Positions 29,751 through 39,154 of a stretch of 64,000 nucleotides of DNA are shown here, piece after piece. This stretch comes from a virus (lineage: Duplodnaviria; Caudoviricetes). How positions within the stretch are numbered: the stretch's first letter is position 1; every line of letters begins with the position of its first letter. Position numbers and translations under genes: made by a program. The notes below the pieces were generated by a model, which had not been told where the DNA came from, did not search any database, and worked only from the letters and a program-made list of their open reading frames with translations. The stretch is taken from IMG/VR virus record IMGVR_UViG_2866474162_000001, positions 11,688 to 75,687 of that record; one strand, 5' to 3'.

Positions 29751-31901
29751 GTGGTGGCCGCCGAGCGGCGGATGCTGCGGGCCGCCCGGGCGGCGCTGCG
29801 CGCCTGGCTGGCCGACGCGCGGGCGGTGACGCTGCCGGTCACCGCGGCGGCGCTGCCGCCGGACCCGAGCGCGCTCGCCGGCGCCGGGCAGGCGTGGTTC
29901 GAGGCGATGACGGTGCACCTGCTGCCGGCCGCCGAGCAGACGTTCCTGGCGGGCGTGCGCGACGCGGGCGGCGACCTGGAGCTGCTGCGGGTCGGGCAGA
30001 TGAAGGACGAGTACCTGGCGGCGCTGCCGAACCGGCTGGTCGGCGTGCCCGACAGCGCGTGGCAGCAGGTGACGGGGGCCGTCGCCAAGCTCACCGCCGA
30101 GGGTGCGAGCGTGCCGCGCATCCGCGACGCGATCGAGGCGATCCTGGGCGAGCGGTCGTTGGAGGACCGGGCGGTGACGATCGCCCGGACGGAGACGATC
30201 GGCGCGTACAACGCGGGCACGTTGACCGCGTGGCTGACCGCCGAGGACGTCCTCGACGAGAAGCTGGACAAGGTGTGGGTGGCCACGCACGACGAGCGGA
30301 CCCGGCACGACCACCGGGACGCGGACGGGCAGCGGGTCGCCCTGGACGGCGTGTTCATGGTCGGCGGGGTGCCGATGCGGTACCCGGGCGACCCGGCCGC
30401 GCCGCCCGGGCAGACGGTGAACTGCCGCTGCACGATGATCGAGGTGGAGGCCGACGAGCCCCTGCCTGTGGTCCCGAAGCACCCGTGGCCCCGGCGTGAC
30501 CGGGCCACCGGGCTGGATATCACGGTGACGGCGGCGGCAGCCGCGAAGGGTGGCAAGCAGATGGCGACGTGGAAGGGTGTGCTGGCGCCGCTGGGTGCCA
30601 AGTCGGGCGACCGGCGGATCTTCGCGGCGGACGGTGACTGGTCGTTCCGCGACCTGCCGCTGCCGCTGCGGTGGGCGCGGGAGGACGCCCCCGGGCACGA
30701 GGGCGCGGTGACGATCGGCCGGATCACGGCCGGCGAGGTGCAGAAGAGCCGGCTGTCCGGGGCGGGCGACTTCATCGACGCGGTGCCGGAGCTGGGCGAG
30801 GCCCTGGAGCTGCTGCGCGCCGGGGTGCTGTTCCCGAGCGTGGACCTGGACGACTTCGAGTTCATGTTCACCGACGAGAAGGGCACCCCGATCGAGGACA
30901 TGTCCGACGAGGAGTGGGAAGCCTTCATGGAGGCCGGCGAGGAGCCGTACATCACGGTGACCAAGGGCCGGGTCATGGCGGTGACGCTCGTCGGCACGCA
31001 GGCGTTCCCCGACGCGAAGCTGGAGCTCGTCGCCGACGAGCCGGCCGACGGCGAGCCCGCAGACGAGGAGCCGAAGGAGGAAGAGGCGGTCGCGGCCTCG
31101 GGCGCGGCGGCGAAGAAGCAGGTCGCGCCGCTGTACCCGCCGCGCGCCTGGTTCGACGACCCGGGCCTGGCCGAGCTGACGCCGATCACCGTCACCGCGG
31201 ACGGCCGGGTGTTCGGGCACCTGGCGGACAAGGACTGCCACCTGTCGTTCCTGACCGGCGGGCAGTGCGTGATGCCGCCGGAGGAGGGCGGCTTCGACTG
31301 GTTCCACCGGCCGGAGATCCAGACCGCCGAGGGGGACCTGGTCGCGGTCGGGCACATCACGGCCGGCACCGGGCACGCCGACCTGCAGGCGAGCGCGGCG
31401 TCCGCCGTCGCGCACTACGACGACACGGGCACGCAGGTGGCAGTGGTCCGGGCCGGCCGGGACGCGCACGGCACGTGGGTGGCCGGGGCGCTGGTGCCGG
31501 AGGCGACGGAGGAGCAGGTGCAGCTGCTGCGCCGTTCGCCGCTGTCGGGGGACTGGCGGTGGATCGGCGGGGCCCGGCAGCTCGTCGCGGCGCTGTGCGT
31601 GAACGTCGGCGGGTTCCCGGTGGTGCGGGGCCGGTCGTCGGGCGGCCGGGCGTACGCGATGGTCGCCTCCGGGTGGGCGGGCTGGAAGCCGTCCGACCCG
31701 GACGCCGGCCGGAGCCGCGAGCTGGGCGCGCTATCTCCGGCGGCGTTCGAGGCGGCGGTGCGCCGCGCCGTGGCGGCCGGCTTCGCGGCCGAGCGGCAGC
31801 GGGTGGCCACCGCGGCGCAGGCGGAGCGGATCGCCGCGACGATCGGGCGGGACCGCAAGGCGCTGGTGGCGGCGATGACCGCCACGGTGCACGGTGAGTA
31901 G
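29751..31901 (+). CDS. MuF-like minor head protein fused to capsid maturation protease
   Basis: KVWVATHDERTRHDH...PGDP...NCRC (MuF) followed by LPLPLRW...GHEGAVTIGRI and YPPRAWFDDP...GRVFGHLA; start uncertain (AGGAGG before GTG 29751). Confidence 0.8.
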   Translation: MVAAERRMLRAARAALRAWLADARAVTLPVTAAALPPDPSALAGAGQAWFEAMTVHLLPAAEQTFLAGVRDAGGDLELLRVGQMKDEYLAALPNRLVGVPDSAWQQVTGAVAKLTAEGASVPRIRDAIEAILGERSLEDRAVTIARTETIGAYNAGTLTAWLTAEDVLDEKLDKVWVATHDERTRHDHRDADGQRVALDGVFMVGGVPMRYPGDPAAPPGQTVNCRCTMIEVEADEPLPVVPKHPWPRRDRATGLDITVTAAAAAKGGKQMATWKGVLAPLGAKSGDRRIFAADGDWSFRDLPLPLRWAREDAPGHEGAVTIGRITAGEVQKSRLSGAGDFIDAVPELGEALELLRAGVLFPSVDLDDFEFMFTDEKGTPIEDMSDEEWEAFMEAGEEPYITVTKGRVMAVTLVGTQAFPDAKLELVADEPADGEPADEEPKEEEAVAASGAAAKKQVAPLYPPRAWFDDPGLAELTPITVTADGRVFGHLADKDCHLSFLTGGQCVMPPEEGGFDWFHRPEIQTAEGDLVAVGHITAGTGHADLQASAASAVAHYDDTGTQVAVVRAGRDAHGTWVAGALVPEATEEQVQLLRRSPLSGDWRWIGGARQLVAALCVNVGGFPVVRGRSSGGRAYAMVASGWAGWKPSDPDAGRSRELGALSPAAFEAAVRRAVAAGFAAERQRVATAAQAERIAATIGRDRKALVAAMTATVHGE

Positions 31902-31911
31902 GGAGGAAGCG

Positions 31912-32070
31912 ATGGGCTGCAAGTGCGGCGGGAAGAAGCGGAGCAGCATCATGTTTGTGCTGAGCTACGGGGACGGTCGGCAGGGCGGCGAGTTCGCGTC
32001 GAAGACGGACGCGGAGATCGCCGACGTGAAGAGGGGCGGCGGCGGCACAATCCGACAGGTGCAGAGGTGA
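31912..32070 (+). CDS. Small phage protein (MGCKCG...)
   Basis: Not in track; 52 aa; GGAGG RBS; followed by a hairpin. Confidence 0.7.
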   Translation: MGCKCGGKKRSSIMFVLSYGDGRQGGEFASKTDAEIADVKRGGGGTIRQVQR

Positions 32071-32073
32071 CAC

Positions 32074-32097
32074 GGGGCGGTGCTGTTGCACCGCCCC
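32074..32097. terminator. Hairpin between convergent genes
   Basis: GGGGCGGTGC-TGTT-GCACCGCCCC. Confidence 0.55.
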
Positions 32098-32109
32098 GGC
32101 ACGTTTAAG

Positions 32110-32400
32110 TCATGGGCCGCCACCTCCGCTCGGAGGTTCGGCGGGGCCCTCGATGGCCTGCGGCGCACTCGCCGCAGTCGTCACCTCGGGTTGAGCTCGC
32201 TGCTCCTGGGCCTCAGCACTCCCGCTGCTGCCCTCTCGCTGCAATGTGATTTTGATGCGGAACGCAACGGCTTTCCAGTCGATCTCGATGGACCCGCCGT
32301 TCTTCTCGACCCGCCTCACCAGCAGGAACGCGAGAAGAATGAGCAGGATCGGGATCACCAGGGGAGTGACCGCGGCGTACGCGCTCGCGGCGACTCCCAC
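32110..32400 (-). CDS. Small membrane protein (moron-like)
   Basis: One hydrophobic helix; opposite strand to the head operon. Confidence 0.45.
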   Translation of the reverse strand: MGVAASAYAAVTPLVIPILLILLAFLLVRRVEKNGGSIEIDWKAVAFRIKITLQREGSSGSAEAQEQRAQPEVTTAASAPQAIEGPAEPPSGGGGP

Positions 32401-32734
32401 AGTTGCGGACCTAGCTGACCGTCATGGGCATGTCCAGAGGCCCACCTTTCGTCGCTCGAAGGGGCTGCCTTGGCAGGGCAGGGGGATTGGCCGGCGATAC
32501 CTCCCGGGTGAGTGCTTTGAGTTGTCTATCGGTAGGCGTCGATGGTGAGCTGCGCCCGCCCAGAGCAATGCGCATTCCGGTTCGCAGCCGGGATGCCTTG
32601 CATCGCGCCCCCATCGTGCAGCGCTCGCAGCCTTGATCGGAACTGGCCGCCGTTGCGTTACGCTGTGCGCTGAACCGCCGATGCTGGCTGCGGGCCGGTC
32701 GGGATGAGATCCCTACCGTGCTGAGGAGCCGACG

Positions 32735-34444
32735 GTGGACTTTCAGATCCCTCCGAGCCTCGACGGGCTCGACCTGGACGCGCTGACCGAGCTGGAGAAC
32801 CAGGCTGTCGCGGCGTTCGACGCCCTCCGCGACGACCCGGCCCTCGACGCCGATGGCCTCGCCCGGCTGCGGGAGCTGGCCACCTTCGTCCAGTCCGTGC
32901 GTGCTGAGCAGGCGCGGATCGAGCAGGCGGCCGAGCAGGTCGCCTCCGAGCTGGACGACCTGACCGCGACGGTGCACGGCGCTCCGGAGGGCGGCGATGG
33001 CGACGGTGACGAGGGCGACGGCGGCGAAGCCGAGGAGGAGCCGGCCGAGGAGGAACCGGCCGAGGAGACGCCTGCCGAGGAGCCGGCGGCCGAGGAGCCG
33101 GCGCCGCAGCAGCCGACGCCGGTCGTCGCGTCGCTGGCCCGCCGGGCGGCCCGACGCCAGTCGAAGCCGAAGGTGACCAGCGCCGGCAAGTCGGCGGTCA
33201 TCAAGGCGGCGGCCGACGTGCCAAACGTGCCGCACGGTCACGTGTTCTCCTCGGTGTCGGAGGTCGCGTCGGCGTTCGACGACAAGTTCGCCGGCTTCCC
33301 CCGTGGGGTGGGAGTCGCGACCCGCATCAAGCAGAACGTGGCCCGGGTGGAGCTGCCCGTCGACCAGGCGCTCGTCGCCGGGGGCAGGGGCCTGACCGAC
33401 ATGGAGCTGGTGGATCTGGCCGCGTCGGAGTCGCGGCTGTCGGGCGGCAACCTCGTCGCGGCCGGCGGTTGGGGTGCCCCGTCGGAGACGCTGTGGGAGC
33501 TGTGCGAGGGCCTGGAGACGACGGAGGGCCTGCTGGACCTTCCGGGCATCACGATCCCCCGCGGCGGCGGTATTAAGGTCCCCGCCAACCTGGACTTCCG
33601 CGACCTGTACTCGGGGATCGGCTTCGTGCAGACCGAGGCCGACAGCACCGCGGGCGTGGAGAAGTCCTCGTACCGGGTGCCGACGGTGAACTGGGCCGAG
33701 ACGCGCCTCGAGGTGGACGGGGTGCAGATCGAGCAGGACATCGTGCAGAACGCGGTGTGGCCGGAGCTGACCCGGGACGTGGTGCGGCGGACGCTGACCG
33801 CCCACGAGCACAAGATCAACGCGCGGCTGATCCAGCGGATGGCCGCCGCCCCGGGGCAGTCGACGCAGTTCGCGCTGACCCTCGGCGGCGACGTCGACGG
33901 CGACGAGACGACGACCGCGCTGCTGGGCGCAATCTCCCTCGCGGCGACGGACTACCGGTACCGGTACCGGCTGGGGCGCCGGCAGCTGCTGGAGTGCGTG
34001 GTGCCGCTGTGGCTGATCGACTGGATCCGGGCGGACATGTCGCGGCGGGCCGGGGTGAACTACCTCGACGTGACCGACGAGCAGATCACGGCGTGGTTCA
34101 CCCGGAGGCACCTGCGGCCGCAGTTCGTCTACGACTGGCAGGACGGGTACGCCGACGCGGCCGGCAACGGCTTCGGCGGCACCGCAGCCCCGGGCCAGTG
34201 GCCGGGCACGGTGGACCTGCTGATCTACGCGCCGGGCACGTGGGTGAAGGGCACCAAGCCGATCATCGACCTGTCGGCGGTCTACGACTCGACGAAGCTG
34301 AAGGACAACGAGTACATCGCGCTGTTCACCGAGCAGGCGACGCTGCTGGTGAAGCGGTGCTTCGTGTCCTACAAGGTGAGCGTGCCGCTGTGCCCGACGG
34401 GCGTCACCGGCAGCACCGTGCCGTTCGACTGCTCGGCGGTCTGA
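32735..34444 (+). CDS. Major capsid (hexamer-type) protein with N-terminal scaffold-like domain
   Basis: Acidic coiled-coil N-terminus, then LVAAGGWGAPSETLWELC and HK97-like core; GAGGAG RBS; TACCGT -10 at 32714. Confidence 0.82.
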   Translation: MDFQIPPSLDGLDLDALTELENQAVAAFDALRDDPALDADGLARLRELATFVQSVRAEQARIEQAAEQVASELDDLTATVHGAPEGGDGDGDEGDGGEAEEEPAEEEPAEETPAEEPAAEEPAPQQPTPVVASLARRAARRQSKPKVTSAGKSAVIKAAADVPNVPHGHVFSSVSEVASAFDDKFAGFPRGVGVATRIKQNVARVELPVDQALVAGGRGLTDMELVDLAASESRLSGGNLVAAGGWGAPSETLWELCEGLETTEGLLDLPGITIPRGGGIKVPANLDFRDLYSGIGFVQTEADSTAGVEKSSYRVPTVNWAETRLEVDGVQIEQDIVQNAVWPELTRDVVRRTLTAHEHKINARLIQRMAAAPGQSTQFALTLGGDVDGDETTTALLGAISLAATDYRYRYRLGRRQLLECVVPLWLIDWIRADMSRRAGVNYLDVTDEQITAWFTRRHLRPQFVYDWQDGYADAAGNGFGGTAAPGQWPGTVDLLIYAPGTWVKGTKPIIDLSAVYDSTKLKDNEYIALFTEQATLLVKRCFVSYKVSVPLCPTGVTGSTVPFDCSAV

Positions 34445-34507
34445 GCTACCCGTTTGACGGGGCCGCGCCCAGCTCGGGCGCGGTCCCCAGCCGTGAGGAG
34501 ATGACGG

Positions 34508-35335
34508 GTGGCGCAGCCCCTGATGTATGTGGACGCCCCGGCGACGACGCCGTACCGCTTCGGGCTGTTCGCGGCGGCGGTCGTGGTCGACCCGGCCGAC
34601 CAGCGCGAGTTCCAGGCCGGGGTGGAGTGGGAGCCGCAGTGCGTCGACGCGCCCGCGCCGACGAACGCGGCGGCGGCCTCGGACGCGAACCGCGCGGCGA
34701 TGGCCCTGCCGGATGGGGTGCCGAGCGTGAAGTCCGGGGTGATCCGGCTGTACGCCGGCCTGACCGGCCGGTCGGTGGCCCGGCCGGACCTGATCGACCG
34801 GGCGCGGCGGGCTATGGGCCAGGTCGAGCAGCAGTCGCTGGAGCACTACGTGTGGACCGGCGAGGCCGGCACGGAGGAGTTCCTGGCGGCGGCCGACACG
34901 GAGGTGCTGGTCGGCTCGGACGTGGCGCCGTTGCCGTTGGAGGAGGGCGTCGGCCGGCTGGAGGCGCACATCGCCGACCGGGCCGGGGTGCTCGGCGCGG
35001 TGTGGGCTCCACGGTGGACGGCCGGGTGGTTCGTGGGCAAGGGCCTGACGCGGATCGAGGGTCCGCGCATGGTAGCCCCGCTCGGCGACCCGATCGTGTT
35101 CGCGCAGACCAGCGGCGTCGGGCCGGGTGGCGCCGCGCCGGGCGACGGCGAGGCGTGGCTGTACGCGACGGGGCCGGTGATGGTGCGGCGGTCGGTGGTG
35201 TTCCTGCCGAAGCTGCCGGAGGCCCTGGACCGCAATGACAACGAGGTGTTCGCCGTCGCGGAGCGGTTCTACACGGTGGGGTGGAGCTGCGCGACGGCGG
35301 CGGTGAAGGTCAAGCTGCCGGCCGTGCCGGCGTAG
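34508..35335 (+). CDS. Second capsid protein (pentamer-type)
   Basis: PYRFGLF...GVEWEP...EQQSLEHYVW...WLYATGPVMVRR...AERFYTVGWSC; directly follows the MCP. Confidence 0.62.
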   Translation: MAQPLMYVDAPATTPYRFGLFAAAVVVDPADQREFQAGVEWEPQCVDAPAPTNAAAASDANRAAMALPDGVPSVKSGVIRLYAGLTGRSVARPDLIDRARRAMGQVEQQSLEHYVWTGEAGTEEFLAAADTEVLVGSDVAPLPLEEGVGRLEAHIADRAGVLGAVWAPRWTAGWFVGKGLTRIEGPRMVAPLGDPIVFAQTSGVGPGGAAPGDGEAWLYATGPVMVRRSVVFLPKLPEALDRNDNEVFAVAERFYTVGWSCATAAVKVKLPAVPA

Positions 35336-35344
35336 GAGGGTGAC

Positions 35345-35680
35345 ATGCCGCTGTTCTACCCGAAGGACCGCGGGGACGCGCAGGTCCTCGCGAAGCAGCT
35401 GCTGGAGGCGGCCGGCGAGGAGCGCCGCTTCGAGGTGCGGACGACGACGGACGGCCCAGCGGGGTTGGCGTTCGACGTGCCCGACGACGTGGCGGACAAG
35501 GTGCTGAGCTCCGGCGACGGCCGGCAGCGTGTGGAGGCTCCCGTGGAGGCCGAGGCCACCGCGCAGGGCACGTCGGCTGACGCCGGGGCCGACGGGTCCG
35601 GGGCGGACGCCGAGCCGGCGGACGGTTCCTCCCAGCCGCCGGCGAAGGCGTCCCGGTCGTCGCGCAGCTCGCGGAGCTGA
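35345..35680 (+). CDS. Phage hypothetical protein (head region)
   Basis: GGAGG RBS; low-complexity tail. Confidence 0.65.
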   Translation: MPLFYPKDRGDAQVLAKQLLEAAGEERRFEVRTTTDGPAGLAFDVPDDVADKVLSSGDGRQRVEAPVEAEATAQGTSADAGADGSGADAEPADGSSQPPAKASRSSRSSRS

Positions 35681-35702
35681 CCGGTACCCCTCGCCCTGGG
35701 CC

Positions 35703-35747
35703 GCGCCGCCCCACCTGGTCCCTTTCCCGTGCCAGGTGGGGCGGCGC
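35703..35747 (+). terminator. Terminator ending the head operon
   Basis: 16-bp stem GCGCCGCCCCACCTGG / CCAGGTGGGGCGGCGC followed by TTGTTG. Confidence 0.7.
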
Positions 35748-35778
35748 TTGTTGTGTGACTCGCTCCACGGACCAAGGC

Positions 35779-35830
35779 GTACATAAAAGTTGTATGGGGG
35801 AGTGAAATTCGCATACAATGAATATGTACG
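35779..35830 (+). promoter_or_regulatory. Early promoter with tandem RTACA-N7-TGTAY operators
   Basis: GTACA-TAAAAGT-TGTAT and ATACA-ATGAATA-TGTAC, 34 bp apart; TTGTAT-N18-TACAAT. Confidence 0.78.
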
Positions 35831-35860
35831 CAACGCGCTACCCCTGCAGGAGGGTTTGAG

Positions 35861-36370
35861 ATGGAGAAGCGGGTCAACGAGCTGGTCGCCGAGTTCGGTG
35901 TCGAGGCCGAGGGTGCCGACCGGTACGGGCTGGTCGCCCAGCTGGCGGCGCGGGTGGCGGAGGCCGAGCGGGAGCTGGAGCGGGCGGGCGCCGAGCTCAC
36001 CGGGGCGACCGAGGACGCGATGGTCAGCGCGAAGGCGGGCGACCTGCGCACCGCGGTGCGCGGCGACCTGCTGGCCGCCGTGAGCGACAAGGCGGCGGCG
36101 TTCGACGCGGCGCTGATGAAGGTGGCCGAGCGGCGGACCGCCCTGGCGTACGTCGCCGAGAGCGTGAAGGCCAGCCGGGCGAACTTGAGCAAGCCGATGC
36201 GCGCCGGCCGGGGGAGGCCCGGCCGGCGCGGCCGTTTGAGACGAGGGAGATTCACGTGGAGATCGCCGAGCAGCAGGTCGCAGAGGTTGCCGCAGCGCCG
36301 GAGCTGGCCGAGAAGGACCGGGTGCGCTGGGAGGCCCCGTGGGAGCCGACCGAGCGGACCGGCACCGTGA
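35861..36370 (+). CDS. Coiled-coil hypothetical protein (3' end doubtful)
   Basis: AGGAGG RBS; plausible coding to about 36185, after which it reads through a hairpin into the next gene. Confidence 0.55.
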   Translation: MEKRVNELVAEFGVEAEGADRYGLVAQLAARVAEAERELERAGAELTGATEDAMVSAKAGDLRTAVRGDLLAAVSDKAAAFDAALMKVAERRTALAYVAESVKASRANLSKPMRAGRGRPGRRGRLRRGRFTWRSPSSRSQRLPQRRSWPRRTGCAGRPRGSRPSGPAP

Positions 36371-36522
36371 TCCAGGTCCGCGACGGCATGGTGTGGATCC
36401 AGCAGGACGACGCCGACAGCACGTGGGTGACCGCGCGGGAGGTGGCGGCGGTGCGCAAGCGGCTGTGCGGCAGCTGCTTCTGCGAGCTGCCGGCGTCGGG
36501 CGTGTGCGGCAACTGCTGCTGA
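36256..36522 (+). CDS. Small protein with C-terminal Cys cluster
   Basis: CGSCFCELPASGVCGNCC; start GTG lies inside a TTCACGTGGA box. Confidence 0.65.
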   Translation: MEIAEQQVAEVAAAPELAEKDRVRWEAPWEPTERTGTVIQVRDGMVWIQQDDADSTWVTAREVAAVRKRLCGSCFCELPASGVCGNCC

Positions 36523-36552
36523 CCGAGAGAGACGAGAGAGAGGGAGCTGACC

Positions 36553-36834
36553 GTGAGCATCGAGCTGTTGGAGACCGAGCCGACCGCCGACCAGTGGGAG
36601 GTCGTCGCGCTGTCCGAGGTGGAGGACGGCGACGTCCTGTCGTTCGACTTGGCGGCGTTGGCCGAGCGGCGACACGAGAGCGTGCCGCGCGTCGACTGGA
36701 CGCGGGTGATGGAGGAGGCCGCCGCCGTGGAGAGCATGGACGAGCTGGGCGAGAGCGTGCGGGTCGACTTCTACGACCTGGCCTACCCGACGGTGGTGGG
36801 CGTGCCCGAGATGCAGGTGTTGCGGCTGGTCTGA
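36553..36834 (+). CDS. Hypothetical protein
   Basis: AGGGAG RBS; GC3 bias. Confidence 0.65.
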   Translation: MSIELLETEPTADQWEVVALSEVEDGDVLSFDLAALAERRHESVPRVDWTRVMEEAAAVESMDELGESVRVDFYDLAYPTVVGVPEMQVLRLV

Positions 36835-36927
36835 GCCGCACCGAGCGCCCCCGCAGCCGACGTGGCTGCGGGGGCGCTGCCGTTCCCGCCGGCGGGTAGC
36901 CGCCGGCAGTTCACGTGGAGGAAGAGC

Positions 36928-37929
36928 ATGACGACAACGACGGTGGCCCGGCGCGCGAACGCCGTGCCGTCCGATCCGCGCGAGCACGCGCGGGCGATCG
37001 CGGAGGCGGTCGACGAGGCGTGGCACAGCCGGTACGGCGGCTCGCGGATCGAGGTGCCGATGTCGGTGGTGGCCGTCCTGGCGGTGCTGGCGCGGGAGGC
37101 GCCGGACCCCGACCAGCTCGACCGGGTAGGCGAGATGGCGGAGCGCCTGGACCACGAGGGGTTCTGGCTGCTGATCCAGCGGCTGTGGTGCGAGTTCGCG
37201 GCGCTGAGGCCCGACCTGAACCCGCGGACGAAGCACCTGTGGTCGTGGATCGACGACGAGCCGGACGAGACGACGCAGCGGGCGATCCACGCGGTCGGCC
37301 AGGCGGCGTTGCGGCGCGGGGTGCTCGGCCGGTTCGGGCCGGACGGGTGGGGCGACTACGACCTGCTGGGGGTGCTGCTCCAGCAGATGAAGAGCCACGG
37401 CGGGCGGAAGGGCATCGGGCAGTTCCTGACGCCGGTGGACGTGACGGAGCTGATGGGCCGGATCGGGGGGCCGAAGGAGGGCGACCGGATCCTGGAGCCG
37501 TGCGCCGGCACGGGCACGATGCTGCTCGGCGCGGCCCGGTCCATGCGGGAGAAGGGCCTCGACCCGACGGCGTGCGAGTGGTGGGCGAACGACCTGGATC
37601 CACTCGCGGCGGCGCTGTGCGCGGTGAACGTGCACCTGTGGGGGCTGGGCTGGCGGGTGGTCGTCGGCTGCGGCGACGGGCTGCTCGACCAGTGGATGCA
37701 CGAGGCCCTGGAGCACCGGCAGATCGCGATCGACGAGATGCGGCGGGCGTGGCAGGTGGCCATGCAGATCCGCGCGGTGCGGACGGTGCTGGAGCTGCCG
37801 TGGCCGGAGAGCCCGCTGGAGCGGCACATGCGGAAGGCGCGGCCGAAGCCGCCGCCCCCGCCGCCGCCTGCGCCGGACTCGTCCACGTTCGACGCGGACG
37901 CGGTGTTCCGGCAGGGCCAGCTGTTCTGA
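36928..37929 (+). CDS. HsdM-like N6-methyltransferase-family protein lacking NPPY
   Basis: GIGQFLTP and ILEPCAGTGTML present; no (N/D)PP(Y/F); ends QGQLF. Confidence 0.75.
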   Translation: MTTTTVARRANAVPSDPREHARAIAEAVDEAWHSRYGGSRIEVPMSVVAVLAVLAREAPDPDQLDRVGEMAERLDHEGFWLLIQRLWCEFAALRPDLNPRTKHLWSWIDDEPDETTQRAIHAVGQAALRRGVLGRFGPDGWGDYDLLGVLLQQMKSHGGRKGIGQFLTPVDVTELMGRIGGPKEGDRILEPCAGTGTMLLGAARSMREKGLDPTACEWWANDLDPLAAALCAVNVHLWGLGWRVVVGCGDGLLDQWMHEALEHRQIAIDEMRRAWQVAMQIRAVRTVLELPWPESPLERHMRKARPKPPPPPPPAPDSSTFDADAVFRQGQLF

Positions 37930-37964
37930 CTGCCGGTTGTGTGACGCGCTACACGGCCCCCCGC

Positions 37965-38016
37965 GTACATAGAACCTGTACGCAGAAGAGTCGATCACAT
38001 ACAATGAATATGTACG
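37965..38016 (+). promoter_or_regulatory. Early promoter with tandem RTACA-N7-TGTAY operators
   Basis: GTACA-TAGAACC-TGTAC and ATACA-ATGAATA-TGTAC, 34 bp apart. Confidence 0.78.
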
Positions 38017-38043
38017 TCCTGCCTTGTTCACGTGGAGGTTGAG

Positions 38044-38460
38044 ATGGCAGAGAGCACGGTGCAGCCCGGCAAGAGCGCCGCGAGCGGCGACGACTGCGGG
38101 TGGTTCAGCTGCCGCGACGAGAACGACTGCTGCAAGCACTGCGGCGCGCACATCGCGGACCCGTGCGACCCGACCTGCAAGCACTACGACGGCGGGCCGG
38201 CCGACGAGCGCGACGCCAGGCCGGACGAGGAGGAGCCGCCGGTGACCATCATCGTCACGAGCTGGAGCGGCGGGAGCGTGCGGGTGCTGGGGACGCGCGA
38301 GGCCCTGGAGGAGTACGCGGCGGCGAGGGTCGCGTGGCGGTACCGGGAGCAGGTCGTGGAGAAGATGCTCGCCTGGCTGGCCGACGGCGCGCCGTCGCCG
38401 TACGCGTACGCGGCCTGGCACGGCGAGACGGAGTTCTGGTCGGTGGACGCGGCCGCCTAG
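38044..38460 (+). CDS. Cys-rich hypothetical protein
   Basis: GGAGG RBS after a TTCACGTGGA box; CCKHCGAH...CDPTC. Confidence 0.65.
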   Translation: MAESTVQPGKSAASGDDCGWFSCRDENDCCKHCGAHIADPCDPTCKHYDGGPADERDARPDEEEPPVTIIVTSWSGGSVRVLGTREALEEYAAARVAWRYREQVVEKMLAWLADGAPSPYAYAAWHGETEFWSVDAAA

Positions 38461-38605
38461 TGGCTGCGCAGGCGGGGCTGGGCGGGTGCCCGGCCCCGGT
38501 GCGGAGTTCCTAGCGGGCTCTGGCTGTCAGGTCGCTATTGACGATTGCGGCCGGACAGAGCAAGGTAACTGTCCGAGTAAGACCCGGTTCACGTGGAGGT
38601 AAACC

Positions 38606-39154
38606 ATGGGTCTACGCGCGCTGGTCGGCACCGAGGGTGCCGACGGTGTGTACCTGGCACGGCACGTGCAGCACGACGGCTGCCCGACGATGGTCGTCCC
38701 GGCCCTGTCGGTGCTGCTGCACGAGCTGTGCGGCCACAGCCCGGAGCGGGCGGCGGCGGTGCTGCTGCAAACCGACTGGTCGCGGCTGTACGCCGTGCCG
38801 GGCACCGGGCCGACCGGTCACGCGGTCGGCGTGCCGTCCGAGGGCTACCCGGTGCAGACCGGCCGGATCGCCGAGGCCCGCGCGGGCGACCGCGAGTGGG
38901 CGTACCTGTTCGGCGGCCACCGGCTGCACGTCTACCTGGGGGTGTTCCCCGAGCGCGGCCCGAAGCGCTGGGAGGCGTGGGCGTGCTGGTCGCTGCACGA
39001 GCTGGGCGACCTGTCGCAGCTGGACCTGCTGGAGGTCCAGAAGGCGGGCTACGCGGCGCAGTGGCGGGCGTCCGACTACCGCGGCTACATGGAGGCCGTC
39101 CGCGAGGCGGCCCGCGACTCGACCCGCATCCAGCTGATGGAGGCGGGCCGGTGA
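38606..39154 (+). CDS. Phage hypothetical protein (paralogue A)
   Basis: RALVG...QHDGCP...REWAYLF...LHVY. Confidence 0.7.
   Translation: MGLRALVGTEGADGVYLARHVQHDGCPTMVVPALSVLLHELCGHSPERAAAVLLQTDWSRLYAVPGTGPTGHAVGVPSEGYPVQTGRIAEARAGDREWAYLFGGHRLHVYLGVFPERGPKRWEAWACWSLHELGDLSQLDLLEVQKAGYAAQWRASDYRGYMEAVREAARDSTRIQLMEAGR

Noticed and set aside
36185-36370. Extended C-terminus of gene 35861
   Set aside because: Reads through a hairpin and 115 nt of the next gene; probably a lost stop or indel (out-of-frame TGA at about 36186), not a functional domain.
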